Shown here one piece after another: positions 1 through 8,838 of a DNA stretch of 26,925 nt (the stretch's first letter is position 1; each line of letters starts with the position of its first letter). The translations under genes were made by a program, and so were the position numbers. The notes below the pieces were generated by a model. It had not been told where the DNA came from, did not search any database, and saw only the letters and a list, made by a program, of their open reading frames with translations. The stretch comes from a virus (taxonomy: Duplodnaviria > Caudoviricetes). Where the stretch lies: IMG/VR virus record IMGVR_UViG_3300006120_000077, positions 1-26,925 of that record. The stretch is one strand, 5' to 3'.

Positions 1-171
1 TGTTGGATTAGCAAGAGCCGACATGATGTCGTCTTCAGTGCCATTTTCATGACCAAAAAGGGCATTTGATATAGCTTTAACCGCCATGCCACCAACAGGT
101 CCAAGCAATGCCGTCGCGATAGTTGGGGCAACTGAACCAAGCAATGGTCCAAAGGTCTTAAGAATGTCCAT
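1..171 (-). CDS. Putative holin (3-TM/GTA-holin-like), 3' end outside window
   Basis: Not in the ORF track; hand translation from the ATG at 171 gives MDILKTFGPLLGSVAPTIATALLGPVGGMAVKAISNALFGHENGTEDDIMSALANPT..., open to the window edge. It starts 1 nt after the upstream stop. The VAPTIATALxGPxGG N-terminus is typical of phage holin-like proteins. Confidence 0.6.
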   Translation of the reverse strand, partial: MDILKTFGPLLGSVAPTIATALLGPVGGMAVKAISNALFGHENGTEDDIMSALANPT

Positions 172-172
172 C

Positions 173-640
173 TTATTTCACCGTTATCATGAGGAAAATG
201 CCAATTGCACCAATACCTAATACCAGAAAACCCACAATACTGCTAACCATAATCAAATCCTTGCGGTTCTCTTCCTGTTCCTTCAATGCAGCAGCCGCCT
301 GACGTGCAGCCTCTTTCCGCATCTCAATGACAGACCGCTGGATGCCTTCCCATGCAGCGGGGCCATATTGTCCCACGAACATGTTCTTGACATCCAATTG
401 CATCTGTTGGGCTTTAGCCTTGGCGGCGTAAATCTTGACGGCCTCCGCCTCAAACTCCGCCTGAGATTGGAACATTTTCTTTTTGCGCGGCGTTGACGCA
501 ATCGTAACGATCTGGGCAACCTTGCTAAAAAGATTGCCTACCTTTTCCGCAGTTTCCATCACGTCCTTGCCCGCATCCACGGAGGACTTGATTGAGTTAT
601 AAATGGCGGTAGCACCTGCGATAAGGGTAAACGGGTCCAT
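173..640 (-). CDS. Hypothetical phage protein with coiled coil and C-terminal transmembrane helix (lysis-module associated)
   Basis: 155 aa; helical, charged middle; hydrophobic C-terminus LIMVSSIVGFLVLGIGAIGIFLMITVK; ATG overlaps the upstream TAA. Confidence 0.7.
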   Translation of the reverse strand: MDPFTLIAGATAIYNSIKSSVDAGKDVMETAEKVGNLFSKVAQIVTIASTPRKKKMFQSQAEFEAEAVKIYAAKAKAQQMQLDVKNMFVGQYGPAAWEGIQRSVIEMRKEAARQAAAALKEQEENRKDLIMVSSIVGFLVLGIGAIGIFLMITVK

Positions 641-3600
641 TAAATCCGTCCTTGGGCAATTCTAAGAGCATTAACAATTGTGTCGTCTGGCAAATGAAGC
701 ATAGGTTTTGTGCCGTTATCCAATTCACGTTTAGCGGCGTTAAATAACTTATCTACTTCAGGTATCCGACCGCCTGTTGCACGGGTTGGACGTTTTACTG
801 ATCCGCCTTCATTTTTTACTATCACATGATGATATACAGGATGTTCGCGCCCACGAACTAAAATATTACCAGCTTGAGGCCCAAATTCAACATTTCCTTT
901 GGTTGTCGGACGAAGGCGTGGTTCAGATGGGGAATTTTCGTACCGCGCAAAATCAACGCCTTTGGGGAAATGAGCATTTAAGGCATAATGATGTTGGCCG
1001 CGATGTTCGACCGACACAATTGTGTTTGTGTTCTCATGCCCTTCTGGGGCTTCTTTCCAATTCCATCCAGCTTTTTGTTTAAACAAATTAGTTTTTGTTG
1101 TTGCACTACCCCGGCCCGGCGTTCCGGTAACATCAACAGCATCGCGTGACGCAGTGAAATAAGGTTTTCCGCCGGGATTAACACCGATAGAAGCGGCAGC
1201 GGACTTATGCCCCGTCATGTCGGTTTGGTCAGGCATAGACAAATATTGACCGCCAAGCACAGGTGCATCCTCTGGAAACATGCGCTGCGGTTTGGGGAAT
1301 ACAGACATTGGGTTATTAATTTTTGGCTCAACCTCACCACCATCATTATACCCGTTATCTAATTTACGTTTTGCGGAATTAAATAACTTATTTATTGCAG
1401 GTATTTGACCGCCTGTTGCACGTTTATGGCGTTCTTTAATGTCAAAATCATTAAGGCGGTGACGAATGGTTTTTTGCACAACATTATCTTGCGCGGAAAC
1501 TGGCTTGTCCCAATGAATAACGCCAATTTTGTGTAATGAACTGGCCTCATCCATTGTTTTATCTTTAATCAAACCAACCTTGCTTACATCATCTTCTGGC
1601 TTCAATAATGCCTTTGGCGATTGCAATGGCTCAGGACCCATGCCTAAACCATATTTTTTATTATCGATACGACCACCTTCAGCCCTTTGCATTCGATTGT
1701 TTGGAACGCGGGGCGGGCTACCAATGTTGGCGGACACGGCGGTGTTTAGGCCATCAAGGAACGCATTCTTTGCCCTTGGGTTCCGCATGATCGCATCATA
1801 AGCATCCGACATCTGGTTAAGATCGCCGGATTCTAACATATTCCGAAGTTTGCTTGCGTATTTAACACCCATGTAAGGGTTAATTACATGGTTATAAACA
1901 AATCCCAAAAGTGGAAGATGCGAATCAAGCATGTAGGATATGCCGTAAGAAATCGCGTCTTTGTTAATAATACCAAGAATATTAGACCCACGACCCGCAC
2001 CTTCAATTTGACGTGCGCGTTGTAGGCTTTCATTCATAATGGCTTCCGCCCGGATGAATGCCCTCATTTTACCGTATGCTTGCGGACCCAAGGCGGATTC
2101 CAAAGACTTCGCTACGTTGGGATCATTAATGTATTTATTAACAAGGTTATATTTCATTTCGCCATTTTGAATGCCCTTAGCTTTCATTTGGCCCAAAATA
2201 CCCTGAATAAACATCTTGCGTTCGCGGGCGTCAGTCATCTTGGGAACGGAATTCGCAATTGCGGATGCATCCAACCCGTTACTAAGTTTGTTGAGGAACG
2301 AACGGCCCATATCAAATGCACCACGAATGCGGAACAATTGACGTGCTTGAGTATGCGCTTGATCAAACGCTTGATTATACGTTTTTGGATTATAATATGG
2401 ATTAGCTGAACCATCCATTTCTGTCGGCCCCTTCATGGAGCCAACAATATCTTTACGCAAATCCCGCAAACGATTTACAAGAACCATGTTTTGACTTGGG
2501 TCTTGGTTAAACAATGCTTCGGAGTTTGAACCTAATTTACGTTGTAATCTGTCCAAATATTCAACGTTTAGATTTTGAGGGCGAACCAACGTCATGTTGT
2601 CAAGGTCCATACCCCTAATCGCACCCGTCGCTTGCTTCGCGGCGTTAGTAATTTCAGGCGGCATATCAACGGACAGATTGTTGGACTTAAATAACTTACT
2701 AAGTGTGGAGGATGATAAGTTATTAACCGCATCCGCAATTTTCTGTTTGTTAGGGCTTGCATCATCAAAGCCTTGGCTAAGATGGTCTAACAACTTGCTA
2801 CGCACAGCACCTTCATAATCTGGGTGCAAAATTTGCGCTAATTTGTTTGAATTTACCTTGCTCAAGTCATCAAGCGTATTAAAGCCGGAACCTTTTAATG
2901 CGTCGGTAATATTTTGATTTAAACCTAACGTTTCAACGCCCTTTGTCCCCACACGATCTATCGGTGAAGCAAATGGCTTTTGCTGAATATCTGACATAAT
3001 GCCGTTGACATCATTAATTGCCTGTCGGACATATTTGTCCTTCATTTGAGGTTCCCAACGGCTGTTCCAAATTCCAACGCCGTTATCCGGTAACCATGCT
3101 GCTTTGCGATAGTTAGCATCGTTTAGCTTTTGAGCGTAATCTTTTGACTCTTGGCTTAATTTATCCAAATTAAACTCATCATCAACCCCCGCCATTTCGC
3201 GAAGCATTGCGTCAAAACGATCACCTGAACCCGACATCTTTTGTTGAAGCGTGTTCGTAAAATTATCAAGCGCATCTCCACGGCCCTTGAATGATTTCAA
3301 GAGCCACTGTTGAGTTCTTGTGCCGCCAACGTTAAATGGATTAACTGGCTGATCACGGGATGCAGCTTGCAACGCACCATCAATGCCAAGGATATCCTCA
3401 CCCGCCGCCTTATCAGCCGCGACTCTACTGAGGAATTCGTTCATTTGATAATCTGAACCTGCCAATCCCTTAGCCCAATCAGGAATAAGTTTTCCCGCCA
3501 CCTTACCAACGGCGGGTAGTGCAGCACCAAATACCGCACCCGTTTTAGCTTCACCGCTAATATCAGCGTTTTCCGCTTCAGGCTGAGTACCCAAGTAATT

Positions 3601-4176
3601 TTTTGTTGCGGCGCTTAATCCCGCAATCCCCGCACCTTCTGCGGACATACCAAGGGTTCTTGCGGCAAATTCAGGAACATACTTGGCGGCTATTGCTTCG
3701 ACTGGCTCCGCTATCTTTCCAAAAGGAAGAGCGAAAGAACCCGCAATTTCCGTACCCGCTTTGATATATGGATGTTCTTCAGTTGTAGCGCGGTTCATCG
3801 CCTCAAACTGCGCTTTAATGTCTTGCCGACGTTTACTAAATGTTTCGCCCGTTGCACCGCTTACGGATGTGGGCAATGCAGCGCCAACATCAGCACCAAT
3901 TTCTGATGCGATGTCGCCAACGATAGGTATTTTTGTAATACCCGCTTCCATTGATCCTACAGTACCTAAGCCCTTAGCAATCTTTCTTGCTTCAGGCATT
4001 TTAGACTGTATTTGCTGTTCATACTCATCAGTAGTTGGCGGCGTAGGAGATGCTTTACCCGCGAAAAAATCGCCGGGGTCCAACTGACCCGCTTTACCCT
4101 GTGCGGGTGCGGCAGCCACAGACTTGGGAGCCGCGTCATTGGTAAAGAAAGCTGATGGGTCAAGTTGTTCCGCCAT
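640..4176 (-). CDS. Large internal virion / DNA ejection protein, multi-domain
   Basis: 1178 aa; N-terminal QLDPxxFF repeat, Gly/Ala-rich amphipathic segment, long helical body; last gene of the ejection cluster; AAGGTG SD-like sequence upstream. Confidence 0.7.
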   Translation of the reverse strand: MAEQLDPSAFFTNDAAPKSVAAAPAQGKAGQLDPGDFFAGKASPTPPTTDEYEQQIQSKMPEARKIAKGLGTVGSMEAGITKIPIVGDIASEIGADVGAALPTSVSGATGETFSKRRQDIKAQFEAMNRATTEEHPYIKAGTEIAGSFALPFGKIAEPVEAIAAKYVPEFAARTLGMSAEGAGIAGLSAATKNYLGTQPEAENADISGEAKTGAVFGAALPAVGKVAGKLIPDWAKGLAGSDYQMNEFLSRVAADKAAGEDILGIDGALQAASRDQPVNPFNVGGTRTQQWLLKSFKGRGDALDNFTNTLQQKMSGSGDRFDAMLREMAGVDDEFNLDKLSQESKDYAQKLNDANYRKAAWLPDNGVGIWNSRWEPQMKDKYVRQAINDVNGIMSDIQQKPFASPIDRVGTKGVETLGLNQNITDALKGSGFNTLDDLSKVNSNKLAQILHPDYEGAVRSKLLDHLSQGFDDASPNKQKIADAVNNLSSSTLSKLFKSNNLSVDMPPEITNAAKQATGAIRGMDLDNMTLVRPQNLNVEYLDRLQRKLGSNSEALFNQDPSQNMVLVNRLRDLRKDIVGSMKGPTEMDGSANPYYNPKTYNQAFDQAHTQARQLFRIRGAFDMGRSFLNKLSNGLDASAIANSVPKMTDARERKMFIQGILGQMKAKGIQNGEMKYNLVNKYINDPNVAKSLESALGPQAYGKMRAFIRAEAIMNESLQRARQIEGAGRGSNILGIINKDAISYGISYMLDSHLPLLGFVYNHVINPYMGVKYASKLRNMLESGDLNQMSDAYDAIMRNPRAKNAFLDGLNTAVSANIGSPPRVPNNRMQRAEGGRIDNKKYGLGMGPEPLQSPKALLKPEDDVSKVGLIKDKTMDEASSLHKIGVIHWDKPVSAQDNVVQKTIRHRLNDFDIKERHKRATGGQIPAINKLFNSAKRKLDNGYNDGGEVEPKINNPMSVFPKPQRMFPEDAPVLGGQYLSMPDQTDMTGHKSAAASIGVNPGGKPYFTASRDAVDVTGTPGRGSATTKTNLFKQKAGWNWKEAPEGHENTNTIVSVEHRGQHHYALNAHFPKGVDFARYENSPSEPRLRPTTKGNVEFGPQAGNILVRGREHPVYHHVIVKNEGGSVKRPTRATGGRIPEVDKLFNAAKRELDNGTKPMLHLPDDTIVNALRIAQGRI
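713..783. repeat. 71-bp imperfect direct repeat, copy A (encodes RATGGRIPEVDKLFNAAKRELDN)
   Basis: 61/71 identical to 1352-1422 by hand alignment; offset 639 nt, so in frame. Confidence 0.9.
1352..1422. repeat. 71-bp imperfect direct repeat, copy B (encodes RATGGQIPAINKLFNSAKRKLDN)
   Basis: 61/71 identical to 713-783, including a perfect 16-mer gaccgcctgttgcacg. Confidence 0.9.
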
Positions 4177-4184
4177 AATTCACC

Positions 4185-7100
4185 TTATTGGAAATAACGC
4201 GACAAGTTACTTACGCCGTAATGGGCCTTAACGTATGCGTCAAATGCCGGAGCGCCGCCCTTTAGCTGACCGTTTTGCAGAGCGGAAATCATGTTGGTCA
4301 TCTTGCCGTCTGTACCCATCGTAGGATGGTTTAAGATGTCCGCAATGGTTGCGGTATCTTTGGCGTAATGGCTTGCGGGGTTAACAGCACCGAACACTTG
4401 CGGAGCATCCACACCCATACGCGACGAATCACCCGCATATTGGTTGTAAACGTTGGCGCGGTCTTTTGAACGACCATTGGAAACGATCATGTTCGCAAGC
4501 AAGTCATTAGATGCTTGAGTCGTCATTTGATCATTCGGATATGCTTCTTTCAACGTTTGCAACCAGAAGCCAGCTTCACGGCCAAGGCCGCGCTGTTGCG
4601 CTTGAGTCGTCAACGTGCTGATCTTGTTCCTAATCTGATCGGCGGTTAAGTTTTCCGCCGTCGCGTTAAGAGCATGTGCCGGATCATTACCATATACAAT
4701 ATTGTTCAATGTATTCAGGTAATTTGCAATCACCTTACGATATTGAATGGCAGCACCCGGCGTCAAATAAGGATCAGCTTGAGACGAAGCGGAGGCTTGG
4801 ATCGCCATCGCAAGGTCCGTAGATGTGTTTTGCGCGACGGTATTTTCGTCCTGTGCGCCATTCAACATCTTTTGGAAATCTTCCTGCATCTTAGGTGCAT
4901 TGGTTCCCAATCCCATCTTCTTATATTTCGCACCCATCGCTTGCATCGTTTGTCTCTTTGCGATGCTTGTTGGGGTTCCGTCATCATATTGTGGACCTAA
5001 AGTCGCGTCATCTGGAGTTACATTAAGACCCGCGCCGCCAACGCCGGGGAGACCCGGAAGGGCTGGCAATTGCGATGTCGTATCGTTTGTAACATCACGA
5101 TAATAAATTTTACCGTCATCTCCGGTATATACTTCCGAAAGTCCGTCAGGAGTTGGTTTAATTCTGGAAGCCATCGCAGACGCCCGTGAAGCTTCAGCAG
5201 CCGCGTAAGCTTGTTCCGCTTGCGCTTGAGTCGTCATCGTTGCGCGTTCTTGGCCTTGTGTCGCCATCATGCTTTGAGCGTATGCCCGTGCGGAGTCACC
5301 CAAGTTAGCGCCCGGTGACGCACCCGCAGCAAAGTAAGCAAGTGCCGCCATTCTATTGCGATCCTCTGGAGGAGGTGCAACGTAATGGGTGGCCTGTGCG
5401 TTAACAGCCTTTGGTGCTGGCATATCCGCTTGTGATACGGCGGCGGGGGCATTTTTAGGAATGATAGGCTGAGTTTTCCCAACTTGGGATGCATCGCCAA
5501 GTTTAAAGGCTTCTGTTCCCATTTGTTCAACCTTTGGCTCATAAGAAGCTGTATAGGTTCCCGCCGCTTTATGATAGGGGCGGTTAGCTGCCTCTTGCTG
5601 CGCCGCGACAGATTGCGGATCAGTTCCCATCGCCCTCTCTATAGCTTGACGATTCGCTTGAATAACAGGACCGATAATTGGTGCTTTTTCAATCGTTTCG
5701 CCAACAGAAGACGCTGACCGTGCTTCATCTGAAATTGGCCCAAATGCATCGCGCTCATCGCCATATTGGAATGTTGGCTCTGCGCCGCCAGTAACTGAAC
5801 CCGCATCTTGTTTATGGATTCGACCACCAACGTTAGAACCTAATACGCCCTTTGCGGCCAACGCTTGAAGTTGAGGACCAAGAACTCCAGCGCCTGACCC
5901 CGCAAAATCTTGCGCTTCCGTTTTAATATCTTGTTCAGTGGGAAGACCATACTGCATATGGAACGGTGTGTACCCAACAGAGCCAGCCGCCGCTTTATGG
6001 ATACGACCGCCACGCTTTTCTCCGCCTCCGCCCTCACCGCCTTCAGTGTCACGGGATGCAGCATTTAACGTTTCGCCTTGCGATATAAGTCCGGGGCCAA
6101 TTGGTGCGCTATAAATATTTGCGCGGTCACCAGACGTGTCACGGCTTTGCAAATTGTCTCCGCGACCAGCTTCAACAGCCCCCGGAGCCTGAGAGGGAAG
6201 GTTTTCTGGGCTTGATTGTTGAACATCCATGCTTGCTGGACGTTCAGGTGGTAAGGGTGCTGGACCCGGAGGCATAATGCCTCTGTTAACATCAACCAAA
6301 CCAGTACCTAATACACCTTGGGTATATGCCCCTTGAGTAGGGTCTTGACCAGCTTGTACAGCAGCTTTGTAAGCACCCGGTCCCATATTATAAGCCGCGA
6401 TAGCACCGGGAATTGTTCCGGTGTAGTTAAACATATCTGATAAATATTGTTGTGCTAATGCAGGAGCAATATTTGGATCAGCCCGCATACTTGGATCATA
6501 ATTTAATCCAAGTTCAGTGGCAGCTTGACGCGCAGCGGGATTATGCATTTGGAATTGGCCCAATGCGGCCCCGCCATCTCCAACTGCCGTATTAGGATTT
6601 TTGCTTCCGCCAGATTCTTGGGCGGCAATAGCGGCCAATAAACCAGATGATGCATCTGTATTATAATCTTTTCTGGCGGGAAGATCGGCGGATGGGCCAG
6701 TGCTTTGATCTAAAGCGGACGTTGAGGATGGAATACCGCTATAACCACCGTAATTGTTTACAATTTGATCGGAGGTTGGATCATATGCGACATATCCTGT
6801 TTTAGCCATTTCTGGCCCCATTGAAGACACAACGCCCGTATAATTTGGGTCGTATGGCGTTTTATTTACGTTGGTTGTTCCTTGCAATGCTGCGGCAATT
6901 CCACTTATTAATCCACCCAATGGGCCGCCGGGATTAAACGCAGTTCCGGGACCGCCACCTGCATCATAAGGGCCATACCCACCGCCACCAACAGGTCCAT
7001 TGCTGCTTGTGTAATCAGGAGAATATGCGGCATTGCGGGCCGTTATTAATCCTTGATTTGCACCACCGTGATCGCCCGTCGCCACAGCAGCAACTCCCGG

Positions 7101-8375
7101 CGCGGGAGGCGTTGTTGCGGTAGGAGCAGTTGTCGCCACAGGGGTTGTTGCCGCGTTTTTAAACGGAGGCGTTGCGCCTTGGAAAGACTGTTGATATTTT
7201 TGATAAAGTTGTTGAAGCACATCATATGGAGCGCCCGAATTGGCCGCATTAATATAATCATCATACGCTTGGGTGACTGGGCTTACTGGATTTCCCCCAT
7301 CAGCATATCCAGTGCGGCCACCACTATCGTAATTAGCGCGGCCACCGTCTTTATAAAACGGAAACATGCTTGCGGCAGCAGAACTTGCTCCGGAAGCTAA
7401 GTTTCCAAGGCCCGATAATGCAGTTGCAAATGGGTTGCTGCTTGCTTGCCCTGAATTTCCTAATACGCCTAATGTACCTAACCCTTGCAACATATTGTAA
7501 GGGCTGTATGTCGGCGAATATTGAGTTGTTGTTCCGCCAAGAGACGGAGCCGTACCCGAAGCCAATTGAGCGTACCAACCAAGTTGTTGATACGGGTACA
7601 TTTGCTGATTGAGATATTGTTGGTATGCGTTGGATAGGCCAGCCTGTTGTTGCTGCTGTTCCGTTGTACCAAAACCGTATTGTGCTTGCGCCTGTTGCAG
7701 CGCGGCTTGCTGGCCCTGCGTTCCAAGATTCGCAAGTTGGTTTGCACCCTGAGCCAAAAGCTGGCGGTTTTGCAATTGTGTCGCAAGATCAGTTTGTTGT
7801 TGTTGGTTAAACTGTTGTTGCGCTTGCGAATAACCTTGACCAAGAAGGTTTGCAATTGTTGCATTATTTGCAAGACCTTGCTGGCGGGCTAATTCAGCTT
7901 GAGCAATACCCGCACGGTCACCACCAAATGCACCACGTTGAATTGCATTACCCAACACTTCTTGCTGTTGTTGGGCATTTGTTTGATTAATATTAGCAAC
8001 AGCAGAGCCTACCACATCATTAAGATATGGATTGAGATATTGGTTAACCGCCCCTTGAGAAAATTGTTGCATTTGCAATGGATTAACAGACCCCAATGAC
8101 AATCCAGTCGCCGCATTAAAATTAGGCTGTGTGTATCCTTGCAACCCAGCAATAGATTGACCAGCCTGAACTTGATTAGGCGTTAAAGGAGCAACCAATC
8201 CGGGATTATATTGTGAGTATTGCGCCGCCGTATCTGGCGTATATTGCGGATAAGGCTGTTGCGATTGCGTACCCGCACGGGTTAGCAAATCCGTAATTGT
8301 ATTTTGCAAAATTGCGGGTGGTTGATATGATGACGATTGAGAAGAGCCAAATAGGCTGTTTAAAAAATTACCCAT
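4185..8375 (-). CDS. Internal virion / DNA transfer (pilot-like) protein with soluble lytic transglycosylase (SLT) domain
   Basis: 1396 aa; very Gln-rich N-terminal third with GAFGGDR motif. SLT motifs AIAAQES (catalytic Glu), ALGQFQM and AIAAYNMGPG lie at about 6370-6645. Confidence 0.8.
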   Translation of the reverse strand: MGNFLNSLFGSSQSSSYQPPAILQNTITDLLTRAGTQSQQPYPQYTPDTAAQYSQYNPGLVAPLTPNQVQAGQSIAGLQGYTQPNFNAATGLSLGSVNPLQMQQFSQGAVNQYLNPYLNDVVGSAVANINQTNAQQQQEVLGNAIQRGAFGGDRAGIAQAELARQQGLANNATIANLLGQGYSQAQQQFNQQQQTDLATQLQNRQLLAQGANQLANLGTQGQQAALQQAQAQYGFGTTEQQQQQAGLSNAYQQYLNQQMYPYQQLGWYAQLASGTAPSLGGTTTQYSPTYSPYNMLQGLGTLGVLGNSGQASSNPFATALSGLGNLASGASSAAASMFPFYKDGGRANYDSGGRTGYADGGNPVSPVTQAYDDYINAANSGAPYDVLQQLYQKYQQSFQGATPPFKNAATTPVATTAPTATTPPAPGVAAVATGDHGGANQGLITARNAAYSPDYTSSNGPVGGGGYGPYDAGGGPGTAFNPGGPLGGLISGIAAALQGTTNVNKTPYDPNYTGVVSSMGPEMAKTGYVAYDPTSDQIVNNYGGYSGIPSSTSALDQSTGPSADLPARKDYNTDASSGLLAAIAAQESGGSKNPNTAVGDGGAALGQFQMHNPAARQAATELGLNYDPSMRADPNIAPALAQQYLSDMFNYTGTIPGAIAAYNMGPGAYKAAVQAGQDPTQGAYTQGVLGTGLVDVNRGIMPPGPAPLPPERPASMDVQQSSPENLPSQAPGAVEAGRGDNLQSRDTSGDRANIYSAPIGPGLISQGETLNAASRDTEGGEGGGGEKRGGRIHKAAAGSVGYTPFHMQYGLPTEQDIKTEAQDFAGSGAGVLGPQLQALAAKGVLGSNVGGRIHKQDAGSVTGGAEPTFQYGDERDAFGPISDEARSASSVGETIEKAPIIGPVIQANRQAIERAMGTDPQSVAAQQEAANRPYHKAAGTYTASYEPKVEQMGTEAFKLGDASQVGKTQPIIPKNAPAAVSQADMPAPKAVNAQATHYVAPPPEDRNRMAALAYFAAGASPGANLGDSARAYAQSMMATQGQERATMTTQAQAEQAYAAAEASRASAMASRIKPTPDGLSEVYTGDDGKIYYRDVTNDTTSQLPALPGLPGVGGAGLNVTPDDATLGPQYDDGTPTSIAKRQTMQAMGAKYKKMGLGTNAPKMQEDFQKMLNGAQDENTVAQNTSTDLAMAIQASASSQADPYLTPGAAIQYRKVIANYLNTLNNIVYGNDPAHALNATAENLTADQIRNKISTLTTQAQQRGLGREAGFWLQTLKEAYPNDQMTTQASNDLLANMIVSNGRSKDRANVYNQYAGDSSRMGVDAPQVFGAVNPASHYAKDTATIADILNHPTMGTDGKMTNMISALQNGQLKGGAPAFDAYVKAHYGVSNLSRYFQ

Positions 8376-8838
8376 GATTTGGAACCCTCATCGACGAATT
8401 GTTGTACATAAAGAACGCTCCCGCTTTTGGGAACTGACGTTCATATAATTTAACTTTAGCTTCTGTCCGATAATTAGAAACAACACCAAGAATTAATGGA
8501 AGATTCATTTCATCAGATATGTTTTTCGCAAAAGCAATCAGCCCTTTTGCCCGTGTTGACCGCCTGAAATCAGGGTGAACAAAGTTAAATACTTCATTCA
8601 AAAACCAATCCGAAGAATACCATAACTGGTCAGGAACAAGGCAAATCATGCCTTCCAAACCAGTTTCACCTTCAATTACACCAATAACACCATAACGACG
8701 GCTGGTGGCTCTTGCGATGAATTCCCGCGTTTTCTCATCGTCCCATTCAAAAATACCGTTTTCTTCATGCATCATTTTAAGAAATGCATGAACGTCGGCC
8801 TCATCTTCAGGGGCAGCAATACGAACGCGGTATTCCAT
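8368..8838 (-). CDS. GNAT-family acetyltransferase-like protein
   Basis: 156 aa; N-terminal VRIAAPED, motif A-like FVHPDFRRSTRAKGLI, C-terminal KLYER; positioned among the internal virion genes as in many podoviruses. Confidence 0.75.
   Translation of the reverse strand: MEYRVRIAAPEDEADVHAFLKMMHEENGIFEWDDEKTREFIARATSRRYGVIGVIEGETGLEGMICLVPDQLWYSSDWFLNEVFNFVHPDFRRSTRAKGLIAFAKNISDEMNLPLILGVVSNYRTEAKVKLYERQFPKAGAFFMYNNSSMRVPNHG

Noticed and set aside
713-1422. Direct repeat pair as a diversity-generating retroelement TR/VR (7 of 10 mismatches are A in copy B on the coding strand)
   Set aside because: Three mismatches are not at A, six are plain G/A transitions, both copies are in-frame coding sequence, the repeat is short and no reverse transcriptase is in the window.
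4185-8375. 1396-aa gene as a siphovirus tape measure protein
   Set aside because: No tail tube or tail chaperone genes precede it, no regular aromatic-spaced helical periodicity is evident, and the nozzle-GNAT-ejection gene order fits a short-tailed phage.
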